Origin: an uncultured Dehalococcoidia bacterium
GTDB taxonomy: Bacteria > Chloroflexota > Dehalococcoidia > Lucifugimonadales > UBA3495
DNA length: 43,651 bases
Reading direction: 5' to 3'
Assembly (NCBI GenBank): GCA_950072105.1
Contig: CATMOE010000029.1
Span: 1 to 43,651 of the forward strand
This document shows, piece by piece, positions 18,211 through 26,968 of the stretch. Every line of letters begins with the position of its first letter. The stretch's first letter is position 1. The position numbers and the translations under genes were made by a program. The notes under the pieces are model-generated. The model saw nothing but the letters and a program-made list of their open reading frames with translations. It had not been told where the DNA came from and searched no databases.

Positions 18211-18519
18211 ATGGCAACCAAGCACGTCGAAATAGAATCTCAGCCCATCGAGACGTCTAACCACTCAGGCAACGGGCTAGTAGGGATAAATCCGGCGGGA
18301 AAAATCTATGCCGGCAAGCTGAGCCAACCTTCGCTCCAGGCGCTTCGCCACATTTGGGCGCTAATACGGGGAGACGCGATTCTGGCGGCGGTAGCCAACC
18401 CAGTGCTGGCGTTTCACGACTGGATCTCCGACCCGCCCATGACGGAGCGAGACCGTATCAAGCGCTACATCGTCGAGACCCGGAATGCCAGCGAAAAACG
18501 CCGCTTGGCGGGACGCTAG
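18211..18519 (+). CDS. Hypothetical protein (102 aa)
   Basis: ATG-started ORF filling the gap. It has no recognisable motif and does not look like a beta subunit. Confidence 0.45.
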   Translation: MATKHVEIESQPIETSNHSGNGLVGINPAGKIYAGKLSQPSLQALRHIWALIRGDAILAAVANPVLAFHDWISDPPMTERDRIKRYIVETRNASEKRRLAGR

Positions 18520-18572
18520 AGAGTCTTTCTCGTAGATCGTCTGACCCACTCCCTTTCGCACGCTCGACCTGT

Positions 18573-19730
18573 TTACCCCGAACCGTACCTCCGGTAGTAC
18601 CGCATCGCATTGTCCCAGAACAGTTTCTTCTTGGCGCTCTCCGGAATGCCATCCCACGCCATCACGGTGTCAATTGAAATGGGGAACCAGCTTTCGCCGT
18701 GGGGGTAGTCGGACGCGTACATCAGGATGTCTTCACCCAAGATGTCTATGACGCTCTTGGTGACCTCCTGCCCTTCCGACATCTCGATGCTCTGGAAATA
18801 CCGCCCGCTGGACACGTACTCGCTGGGAGTTTGCGCTAGTTTTGGGAGAGCCGATGGGATCGATATCTGGTGTTCGTCCAGCCTCTTGACCCAGAAGGGC
18901 AACCAGCCGTGTCCCGCTTCCAGCACACCCACCCTCAAGTCTGGGTAACGGTCCATCACGCCCGACCCGATGATCGACGCCATGTTACGCATGCCGCACC
19001 AAGGGTGAGCGGCCGAGCGTTGGAGCCAAAGGTTGTCCCAGGTGTCCAGTCCCCCGGGCGCGTAGGGCGGGGCCACGGTAAAAGTGTGCAGCAATATCGA
19101 AAGGTCGTTCTGGGCGGCGGCGGCCCAGATGGGCTCCAGGTCCGGATGGTCCAGGGGCGTGCCGTAAGGGGCGTAAACCAAAACCGCCATCGGCCAGCGG
19201 GATTTCCCCCACCTGTCGATCTCCGAAACGGCGGCCTCCACGTCCCGGGCGGAGCACAGGATGACGCCGGTCAGCCGGTCGCTAAAGGGCTGGCAGTAGT
19301 CCTCCATCCAGCGGTGATATGCCTCATAGAACGAATTTTCCAGAGCCGTGTCCGGTTGGGAGGTCCAGACGCCGAACCAGCCCGATGGCAGCAGCAGGTT
19401 CACGTCGACGCCTTCCAGGTCCATGTCCTTGATGCGCTCGGCGGGGTCGTCTTCCAACAAAGGGTTGGGGGGCTGCCGGTGCTGGGCGGTGAACCCGGTC
19501 ATATACTCGCTGGCGTCGGACTCCCGTGCTTCCGGTTCGCCCAGCCGGCGAGCGTATTTGCGGGTGTTGAAGTTGTAGGTGGAGTGGCCCGTCTTGTCGT
19601 TCTTCCGCAGGAACCCTTCAAACTCCTTGAGTTAACCCAGGTCCCCTGCACTCATGTACCGTTCCAGAATGTCGGCCTGGGGACCAACATGAGTGTCCGA
19701 ATCGAATATCTTGTAGCCGTTCTTTGCCAT
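18573..19730 (-). pseudogene. Amidohydrolase_2 family protein with in-frame TAA at codon 33
   Basis: Likely true start MAKNGYKIFDSDTHV (19730, after AGGGAG) is in frame with ORF 18573-19502. TAA at 19632-19634. Downstream motifs DMDLEGVD, LEAGHGWLP and YASDYPH. Confidence 0.8.
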
Positions 19731-19840
19731 GGTTCTCCCTCTTGTTTAGATTCTCAAGCCGTTGTTACATATTGTTGTTCGAGTAACCGACGGGTTGCCT
19801 GCCCGCTATTTCACTCCGGGAAAGGACCGCAAGAGGCGAT

Positions 19841-20791
19841 CTACTTCCGCCCAGCCGACCGCTGGTATTTTTCCAGGGCATCGGCGGAGAAGTATTTCTC
19901 CTCCAGTTCTCGTTGCTTGGCCACTTCCGCGCCGCCGATCTTCAACTGGCCGGTGACGTAAGGGTTGTCTTTGTGAGCCTCCCGGAAATCCTGATAGGCG
20001 ATGCTGCCTCTGTCCATGAAGTCTTTGACGTAATCGTATAGCGCCACGTAGGTCACCAGGTGGGTGGGCTGGGGTACCCAGGCGATGTTGATGCCCAGGT
20101 CCAGCAGTTCGTCGTTGGTCAGAGGCGTGTTCATGAAGCCCTGCATTATCGAGAACGGTCCCTCCACGGCCTCCCTGGCCCCCCGGGCCTCGTCAACATC
20201 TCTGGGAGCCGTGAACTGTACCCAGTCGACCCCGCCGATCTCTTTGTAGGCCTTCATCCGGTCCAGGGCTTCGGCGTAGCCGCCGTTGGCAGCCTCTCCG
20301 GTATAGCACTGGGCGATGACCACAAAGTTGGGGTCCAACTCGCGCTTGCGTTCCACGGCCGCCTGATACCTGGCCAGGACCACTTCCAAGGCCTCAACCT
20401 CCATGCCCGCCGTGCCGGTGCCCCGCTTTCCTTCGATGGGCTGGTCGTCGATGCGGACTCCGGCGACGCCTTCTTTGATGCAGTCCTCCACCATACGCCG
20501 TACCGCCATGACGCCGCCGTGGCCGGTGTCACCGTCCAGAATGACGGGGAAACTCACGGCCCGGGCGATCCAGCCGGCGATCAAGATACACTCGCTGAGG
20601 GTGGCGGTCCCCACGTCCTCCAAGCCGGTATAGGAGCCCACCACGCCGCTGGTGCCCACGAATCCCGCTTCCGCCCCAGCGGCTTCCATAACCCGGGCCA
20701 GGGAGGCGCTAGGTGGGTGCATCACGCTGAGCACCCGGTCTTTCCGCTGCATCACCTCTTGCAGCTTGGCCGTGGCTTCTTGATAGGGCAT
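19841..20791 (-). CDS. Isocitrate lyase/PEP mutase superfamily protein
   Basis: GLEDVG, PVILDGDTGHG, GVRIDDQ and FVVIA. Confidence 0.88.
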   Translation of the reverse strand: MPYQEATAKLQEVMQRKDRVLSVMHPPSASLARVMEAAGAEAGFVGTSGVVGSYTGLEDVGTATLSECILIAGWIARAVSFPVILDGDTGHGGVMAVRRMVEDCIKEGVAGVRIDDQPIEGKRGTGTAGMEVEALEVVLARYQAAVERKRELDPNFVVIAQCYTGEAANGGYAEALDRMKAYKEIGGVDWVQFTAPRDVDEARGAREAVEGPFSIMQGFMNTPLTNDELLDLGINIAWVPQPTHLVTYVALYDYVKDFMDRGSIAYQDFREAHKDNPYVTGQLKIGGAEVAKQRELEEKYFSADALEKYQRSAGRK

Positions 20792-20846
20792 GATTCTGCC
20801 AACCTCACGTTAAATTAAAAGTATATTCGGATTCCAGCCAGGGTCG

Positions 20847-20897
20847 TTCGACAAGCTCACCACGAGCGGTGATAACCGTTCTCCCTGAACCTGTCGA
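20847..20897. repeat. Second REPIN-like pair of the TTCGACAAGCTCA family
   Basis: TTCGACAAGCTCACCACGAGCGG-N6-CCGTTCTCCCTGAACCTGTCGA; same family as 15034-15148. Confidence 0.85.
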
Positions 20898-20910
20898 CAG
20901 GCCGTGGGCA

Positions 20911-20948
20911 CCTCTCTACCCTTGGAAGAGGGGCCGGGGGTGAGGCCC
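20911..20948. repeat. CCCTCTCC/GGAGAGGG-type repeat (copy 2, degenerate)
   Basis: CCTCTCTACCCTTGGAAGAGGGGCCGGGGGTGAGGCC aligns with 12380-12415. Confidence 0.75.
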
Positions 20949-22091
20949 CTACCAAAGCTCCTGAGACGCCAGACGCGCTCCTTCCACCATGGATGCCAGT
21001 TTGGCCCAAGCGACTCTGGTTTCCACCTTTCTGCCCCAGGCTGACGTCCCGAAGCCACAATCGTTGCCAACCATCACATTCTCCCGGCCAACGATGTTAG
21101 CGTAGCGCACGATCCGCTCGGCCACCAACTCTGGATGCTCGATGAAGTTTGTGGTGGTGTCCAGCACGCCGGGGATAATTACTTTGCCATAGGGAAGCTT
21201 CACATCCTGCCAGACTTTCCATTCGTGGGCATGGCGGGGGTTTGCGCCCTCGAAAGATAGGCCCATCGGGCTGGCCTTGAGCACGATTTCGACGATGGAC
21301 TTGAAGGGAATATCGTAGTGGTGCGGGCCCTCGGTATTTCCCCAGCATAGATGCAACCGCATCCGGTCCGCCGGTATGCCTTGCAGAGCGTAGTTGATGA
21401 CCTCCACGTGCAGCTCGACGATCTTGACGAACTCGTCTTCCGACAGATGAGAGAACTGGGACACTCGGGTCATGGCCAGGTCAGGACAGTCTATCTGCAG
21501 CAGCAGGCCCGAATCGGCAATGGCCTTATATTCGTCCTTCATCACGCCGGCCAGGGCGTAGAGATATGCTTCCTCGGTGGGGTAGAAATCGTTGGGCAGG
21601 AAATTGGCGATGACTCCGGGGGAAGCCGATGTCATGAAGAACTCTTCAGCCTGAGCCTGGTCCGCCGCGGCTTTCAACCGGTCGATGTCCTTCTGGACGG
21701 CGGACCAGTCACTCCAGGCGATGGGACCGGTGCAGGTCGGCTGGGGGATGTTTCGGGAGGACGGACGTTGCTGCTGGGCGAATTCGGGAAAGTCTTCATC
21801 GTCCAGCCGGGGCCGCGACCGGATCTGCCGTTCACCATCAAAGCCGGTCAACCGTTCTTTGACGTAGGTTGCGTACTGGGCCCGCCCCTGTTCGCCGTCG
21901 TTGACAACGTCTATTCCGATTTCCACCTGATGCTGGGCCACCTCAGCGACGGCCTTCTCCGATTCGACGCTAAAGATGCTTTGGTCCAGATCCAGTTGGT
22001 CTTGCTGGGTTCGTAGCAGGTCCTGCATGACCTCGGACCGGGGCAAACTGCCCGTGTGGGTGGTGAGGATCCTGGATGTGCTGGTTTTCAT
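20949..22091 (-). CDS. Cobalamin-independent methionine synthase II (single-barrel MetE-like) family protein
   Basis: ILTTHTGSLPR, DGEQ and LQIDCPD; Zn ligands HLCWGN, E and DCGFG. Confidence 0.9.
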   Translation of the reverse strand: MKTSTSRILTTHTGSLPRSEVMQDLLRTQQDQLDLDQSIFSVESEKAVAEVAQHQVEIGIDVVNDGEQGRAQYATYVKERLTGFDGERQIRSRPRLDDEDFPEFAQQQRPSSRNIPQPTCTGPIAWSDWSAVQKDIDRLKAAADQAQAEEFFMTSASPGVIANFLPNDFYPTEEAYLYALAGVMKDEYKAIADSGLLLQIDCPDLAMTRVSQFSHLSEDEFVKIVELHVEVINYALQGIPADRMRLHLCWGNTEGPHHYDIPFKSIVEIVLKASPMGLSFEGANPRHAHEWKVWQDVKLPYGKVIIPGVLDTTTNFIEHPELVAERIVRYANIVGRENVMVGNDCGFGTSAWGRKVETRVAWAKLASMVEGARLASQELW

Positions 22092-22293
22092 TTCGGCTAC
22101 CCTCTGCGGTAGGCTATTCTCGGTGGTGTTTGACGATGCTATCAACATATGTCGCGCCTAGTCAAATAGCTCGTAGCTGGCAGCGTTTGCCCGCAACGGT
22201 AGGTGTTTGCTACACTAGGGCCACTTCTGAGTAGTGGGGGACGTGAGCGGGCTCGGTGAAGGGGAGCAAACTTAAAGCAGAGAAGGATTTTTC

Positions 22294-22908
22294 ATGATTT
22301 ACGAAGTCCGTACCTATGATCTAAAACCGGGGACCGTGGCCCAATTCGAGGAAGCGTTTGGCGAAGCGTTGCCCTACCGGCAAGAGTATTCTCCGCTGGC
22401 CGCCTTTTGGCACGTTGACATTGGCCCATTGAACCAGGTCATTCACGTATGGCCCTATGAAAGTCTGGATGAGCGCGAGCGGATTCGAGCCGAAGCCTCC
22501 AAAGACACTCATTGGCCGCCCCCCAACAACGGCGCCATCTTGAACATGAACTCGGAGATTTGGTCTCCCGCTCCATTCATGCGTCCGATGGGTGGCGACC
22601 AAAAGCTGGGCGATATCTACGAGATGCGTATATACACCTACGAGCCCGGTTCCATACCGGAGCTTATCCGTAAGTGGACCGACGCTATCCCCTACCGGGA
22701 GGAGTTTTCGCCTCTGGCCGCCGGTATGTCCACCGAGCTTGGCGGCTTGAATCGCTGGATGCACATCTGGCCGTATAAAGACTTGGACGACCGGGAACGG
22801 GTCCGGAAGGAAGCCGCGACGTCGCCCCATTGGCCCTCGGGCGCACCGGGCCGGGTCAGGCAGGAAAACAAGATAATGATTCCCGCTTCGTTCTCACCCA
22901 TGCATTAG
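22294..22908 (+). CDS. NIPSNAP family protein with two tandem domains
   Basis: IYEVRTY...HVWPYESLDERERIR is repeated as IYEMRIY...HIWPYKDLDDRERVR; ends PASFSPMH. Confidence 0.92.
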   Translation: MIYEVRTYDLKPGTVAQFEEAFGEALPYRQEYSPLAAFWHVDIGPLNQVIHVWPYESLDERERIRAEASKDTHWPPPNNGAILNMNSEIWSPAPFMRPMGGDQKLGDIYEMRIYTYEPGSIPELIRKWTDAIPYREEFSPLAAGMSTELGGLNRWMHIWPYKDLDDRERVRKEAATSPHWPSGAPGRVRQENKIMIPASFSPMH

Positions 22909-22981
22909 TCCGTCACCTCCCCTGAGTGTTTGCCCAGGGAAACTGGCAATCGAGTTGTACGGTAAGCGATCGATGCTACAA

Positions 22982-23015
22982 AGAAGGCCCCCAGGATATG
23001 TCCTGCGGGCCTTCT
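22982..23015. terminator. Putative bidirectional terminator hairpin
   Basis: AGAAGGCCC-CCAGGA-TATG-TCCTGC-GGGCCTTCT between convergent genes. Confidence 0.65.
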
Positions 23016-23039
23016 GTTTACCCTGTTAATAAACCGGAA

Positions 23040-23061
23040 GGGAGATTCCCGGGAATCTCCC
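23040..23061. repeat. Perfect 22-bp palindrome
   Basis: GGGAGATTCCCGGGAATCTCCC equals its own reverse complement and lies 2 nt after the stop of the minus-strand gene. Confidence 0.85.
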
Positions 23062-23063
23062 CG

Positions 23064-24005
23064 CTAGTCGCTGCTTGCAGCCAGATCGTGGGCCGCGTTC
23101 TGTCTCTCACCGTCGATCAAATCTTCTGCGCCGGTTTCGCCGTCCAACATGTTCCAACCCAACATCCACTGGTAGGTTCGCTGTAGTTCTTCCTCGGGGA
23201 TGGGAGCAGGTTCCACCACCTGCAGGCGGCTAGGGCTCAGATCGTCCACCGTCAGGGCGGCTACATCAGGGTCCGACTTGTAGTAATCGATGAAGTACTG
23301 CAGGTACTTCCGCTTATCGGCCTTGATACGCTCGACGGCTTTGTTTACCGCCCGGCTGAACGCGGCATAGGTTTCCGCGTCGACTCCCGGAGTAGCCACC
23401 TCGGTGCCGTGGAATGGAGACATAACGATGATCCTGCACCCCGCCTTCTCCGCCACAGTTATGTATGGCTCGGTCAGCGTCGTGGCGACAATCTCACCTT
23501 TCATCAAAGATCGAAATCGTGCGCCTGAGCCGTTGGGCGCCAGGCAGGTCTTGATGAGGTCCCGGGGCAGGAAACCCTCCAGCATCAACAGGCACAGATA
23601 ATGGGTGCCGGCGAAGTAGGGGACCCCAATGAGCTTGTTGGCCAGTTGTTGCGGTGTGTACACGTCCGACGACGGAGCAACCACTAGGGCCCCATAGGCC
23701 ACGATGGACCGTCTTCCCAGTTGCCGTCCCTGCACATCGCTGTCCTGCACCCGGCGGTAGTTTCCCCACTCGCAGGCGTTGTACATGCCCGCCTGACCGG
23801 TTTCAAAGGTGCTGGCATGACTCATAAAGGGACTGACCAAGTCGGGATCGGTAACGTTGGTGTCGGTCCCTGTGGGGGCGTTTTGACCGCGCTCCTTGAA
23901 CTCCACGTCCAGACCCTCCGCCTCGAAAAGACCCTCGTGAAATGCCACCAACTCTGGGAGTCCCTGGAAGGGGGCCGTTGTTTCCAACAAAAGTTTCGTT
24001 CCCAT
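23064..24005 (-). CDS. NMT1/THI5/SsuA-like substrate-binding-fold protein; no signal peptide, no adjacent ABC genes
   Basis: LPELVAFHEGLFEAEGLDVE, PQQLANKLIGV and TLTEPY. Confidence 0.75.
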   Translation of the reverse strand: MGTKLLLETTAPFQGLPELVAFHEGLFEAEGLDVEFKERGQNAPTGTDTNVTDPDLVSPFMSHASTFETGQAGMYNACEWGNYRRVQDSDVQGRQLGRRSIVAYGALVVAPSSDVYTPQQLANKLIGVPYFAGTHYLCLLMLEGFLPRDLIKTCLAPNGSGARFRSLMKGEIVATTLTEPYITVAEKAGCRIIVMSPFHGTEVATPGVDAETYAAFSRAVNKAVERIKADKRKYLQYFIDYYKSDPDVAALTVDDLSPSRLQVVEPAPIPEEELQRTYQWMLGWNMLDGETGAEDLIDGERQNAAHDLAASSD

Positions 24006-24303
24006 AGCTCACACCCGCCTTTGAACAAGATTAGGTTGCGACCTAAATACCCATGCCGGAATCGGTCCAGGCAACTACCCGCTAGTGGAGTTTCCGGCGA
24101 ATTCGCAACAATAATACCATGGGATGAGAAGGTTTTTAGCAGTCGTCCCATGTCAACGGAACCAGGGCAGTAGGTCATAGAAGACTGACCTAACCACATT
24201 ATCGTTTCATAGTGTCTCGAAACCCACCGGCCCCAACGCTAAGTAAACAAGCCCGCACCCCAACTGCCATTCTCAATAACGCTCTGTTTATTGCCCGGTG
24301 TGC

Positions 24304-25119
24304 TTAGACCATCCCCCACTCTATCGCGTTACGTAGCAGCTGTATGTAGGCGTCCGATTCCCAGGTAGCGCGGAGCGCTGCCGGCCTGCCGCCGGCGTCC
24401 TCGGGGTTGGGATCGGCTGCGAGCTGGCTTTGGCTCACGGGCGAACAATGGCCAAGCGCGATATAGGTCACGCCTCCTTTGCCAATGTTGCGAGTGAAAC
24501 CAAGCGCGCGGGTCTTGCCGTCCGGCTGGAGCGCCGTGTCCTCGTCATACTCGAATCCGGAGCCAAGCGGTGAGTCATCTGGGCCCAGCTCCGCGGTGAG
24601 TATTAGTTGCGTCTCAGAAGGGTGCTGGACCTCAATCATGTAGGGCTCGTCTATCGTCTCGAACGACTCCGGGAGGTCCTTGGTCAGCGGGTGTCCTGGG
24701 GCAACAACGTCGACGCGAAACTTGCGCATCGGTGGGTGGCTGAGAAAGAAACCTCCGAGCGTGTCGTGGTGGCTGGTTTTGACCATCCGCCGTCTTCTTC
24801 CGTTTCCGACCCGCGTTGCCTTGCCGCCACTCGTGCCGTGCAAACCCAGCCAGTGACCGCCGTCGTCAAGCCATTGACGCACGATCTGGTTCCGGTCGTC
24901 GTCGAGGAACGGCCCGGCGACGTAGGTTATAAGCAGTTGAGTCCCGGGTAGCCAGCGATGAATATCGTTGAAGTCATTTCCTACGGTCGCCGGCAGGCCT
25001 TGCTCTTCTAGCAAGCCCAGCAGCCTGAGCCGTGCATAGTCCATATCGTGCCCACCCAGCGCTCCCGGCGGGTATCCACCAGTGATAACGTGAACACGGC
25101 CCGACATGATTGTGCTCAT
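24304..25119 (-). CDS. ThuA-like domain protein (class I glutamine amidotransferase-like fold)
   Basis: GHD, GGHWLGLHG, LGGFFLSHP, HPLTKDLPESF..IDEPY and GKGGVTYIALGH. Start placed at 25119 after GAGAGG. Confidence 0.85.
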   Translation of the reverse strand: MSTIMSGRVHVITGGYPPGALGGHDMDYARLRLLGLLEEQGLPATVGNDFNDIHRWLPGTQLLITYVAGPFLDDDRNQIVRQWLDDGGHWLGLHGTSGGKATRVGNGRRRRMVKTSHHDTLGGFFLSHPPMRKFRVDVVAPGHPLTKDLPESFETIDEPYMIEVQHPSETQLILTAELGPDDSPLGSGFEYDEDTALQPDGKTRALGFTRNIGKGGVTYIALGHCSPVSQSQLAADPNPEDAGGRPAALRATWESDAYIQLLRNAIEWGMV

Positions 25120-25462
25120 CAAAACCTCTCTCGGCGAACCACTCGCCTGATCCTGACTCGTGTGCTGAATTATACTGCGCGGCGCTGTAACTCTGCTACG
25201 CTTTGTATCTTCCCAGTGGAAAGGCAAAGATTCATTAGCAGACCACCACCGAAAGGCGCAACTGAGTGGGATCACCGATGAAACCGAGGCCAGAATTCGG
25301 CGGCGAGGCTGGTAAGGACAGGGTATTACGTTTGCCGGCTCGGATAGTGGTAGCCCTAATCAGGGGATAAAGAGAACCCGCCGTCAAAAGTAGTGCTACC
25401 ACGCATGTGTTCTTCTTCTCTTTGTGGTTGAATATTACGGTCACGCTGTAAGGAGGCTAGAT

Positions 25463-25558
25463 ATGGGGTATCAGACTCCGATATCTATCACGCTCATCTT
25501 CGGTTTCATCGCCGTCTCCGCAATGTCAGGCATTGCAATCGTTCTCTCGATAGGCTAG
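25463..25558 (+). CDS. Putative 31-aa single-pass membrane microprotein
   Basis: AAGGAGG 6 nt before the ATG; translation MGYQTPISITLIFGFIAVSAMSGIAIVLSIG. Below the ORF-track cutoff. Confidence 0.55.
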   Translation: MGYQTPISITLIFGFIAVSAMSGIAIVLSIG

Positions 25559-25592
25559 GGACTTCCCTGCCGTTCTGTGAGGTGGATAACCA

Positions 25593-25784
25593 ATGAAAAA
25601 AGCATTTGGAATCGTAAGCCTAACGATCTATTCCTTCGGCCTTGTCATCGGGCTAGGGTTTGCAGTGGTAGGCGAGGTCAACGGGAGCAACCAGCTGATA
25701 GGAGACAAGGTCGCTCTTGCAAATGAGGTAGCATCCCTGGAAGTCGAACAGCAGACGCTGATGGATACCATGGTGGGTGGCTGA
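25593..25784 (+). CDS. Hypothetical 63-aa protein with N-terminal TM/signal segment and short coiled-coil-like tail
   Basis: GAGGTG upstream; MKK followed by a hydrophobic stretch; tail LANEVASLEVEQQTL. Confidence 0.6.
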   Translation: MKKAFGIVSLTIYSFGLVIGLGFAVVGEVNGSNQLIGDKVALANEVASLEVEQQTLMDTMVGG

Positions 25785-25914
25785 GCGTAAATCGCATCAG
25801 AAGGAATTAGCGCTGAGTCTCAGCATGGCCGGTAGACTGATTCTCCCCATGCCGCAGACCTACTACCAAATAGGACAATCTCCGCATCAAGAGTAAGTAC
25901 CAGGTCTTGGTGTC

Positions 25915-26832
25915 TTAAAATCTGGCTGCCTCGCTGAGTCTTACTGCACCGCCATCGGGTATCAGTCCTGAAAACACTTCGGGGTGAATGATTTCCAGCC
26001 CAGTCACCAGCCTTGGCCCCAACCGGCTGGTGTAGGCATCGGCATCTATTATGAAAACCCGGTCGTTTCGTACCGCGGGGAGAGAATCCCACCCTTCTAG
26101 ATTCAACAGTAGCGGAATGTCTTCAATCGCCCGATCTAGGTTGAACCCACAAGGCATCAACATTATTATCTCGGGTTGACTCGCTATTACCTGATCCCAG
26201 TCCAGACGCGACGACCCCGTTTCCTTGCTGCCAAAACAACTTTCACCGCCAGCTCTTTCCACCATTTCCACCACCCAGTGACCACCGCACAACAGGGGAT
26301 CAACCCACTCGAGTTGGAGCACTTTAGGACGGTGCTCTCCCTGGGCCGCTCTCTCGGTAACAGCATCGATGCGAATCTGCAATCGGCCGGTTAATGATTC
26401 AGCGGCTTCGAGCCTATCAGTGGCCCGCCCGACACGCCGGATGTCCTCCAGAACATCGCCAAGCAACTCCGGGTCTAGCGAGATCACCTGAGGTTCCTTA
26501 TTAAGTGTCAAACCAAGTTCGGCTACCTGCCGAGCGGACAGGGCTCATACATCGCAAAGGGCTTGGGTCAACAGGATATCTGGGTTTGCGGCAAGCAACG
26601 CCGCTTCATCGGTTATGTATAGTCCCAGCCCTTGCCGGAGTTTTTCTGAAATAATCTCGCTGATCTCACCACTGGACGGGCTGGTGCCATCGAAAACGCT
26701 GCGAACGATGACCGGTTTGGTTCGGGCTTCGACCGGATAGTCGCACTGGGCGGTAACCCCGTAAAGCTGGTCTTGCAATCCCAACGCGTAGACTATCTCG
26801 GTTGCCCCAGGCTGAAAGCAACAGATCCGCAT
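25915..26832 (-). CDS. BtuF/TroA-like (cobalamin-binding fold) protein, 305 aa, with in-frame TGA at codon 96; candidate selenoprotein (CxxU)
   Basis: The two listed ORFs are in the same frame: ...[37 protein letters not shown]... Family motifs [39 protein letters not shown] and GPRL. Confidence 0.75.
26506..26544 (-). promoter_or_regulatory. Candidate bacterial SECIS element
   Basis: mRNA reads UGA-GCCCUGUCCGC (11 nt)-UCGGC-AGGUA-GCCGA (hairpin 26519-26533), with a possible lower pair UGUC/GACA. Confidence 0.6.
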
Positions 26833-26968
26833 GAATCACCTCTGCCCGTTCGAATCGGGCCACCCCGGCCAGAACCTTAATTTCTGCCGAATTTTTGTAT
26901 AAAACTCGATTCCGGACCAACCTGCAAATGCTTGCCAGAAACCGCTTCCGGCTGGGAATCAAGGATTC

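Noticed and set aside
18211..18519. Ring-hydroxylating oxygenase beta subunit or ferredoxin
   Set aside because: It is too short for a beta subunit, lacks its motifs and has no Cys ligands.
18870..19961. 363-aa plus-strand ORF, and similar long ORFs at 15413-16282, 20060-20818, 21351-22016 and 40835-41599
   Set aside because: These are antisense or alternate-frame shadows of well-supported genes in GC-rich DNA and have no motifs.
20949..22091. Calling this gene metE
   Set aside because: It has only the single Zn barrel and no N-terminal folate-binding half, so methionine synthesis cannot be assumed.
25215..25323. Glycine or c-di-GMP riboswitch-like words (GGAAAG, CACCGAAAGGCGCAA, GAAAC, AAGGACAG)
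   Set aside because: The pairing partner (CUYUCAGG) and the required stems could not be built. An Rfam scan would settle it.
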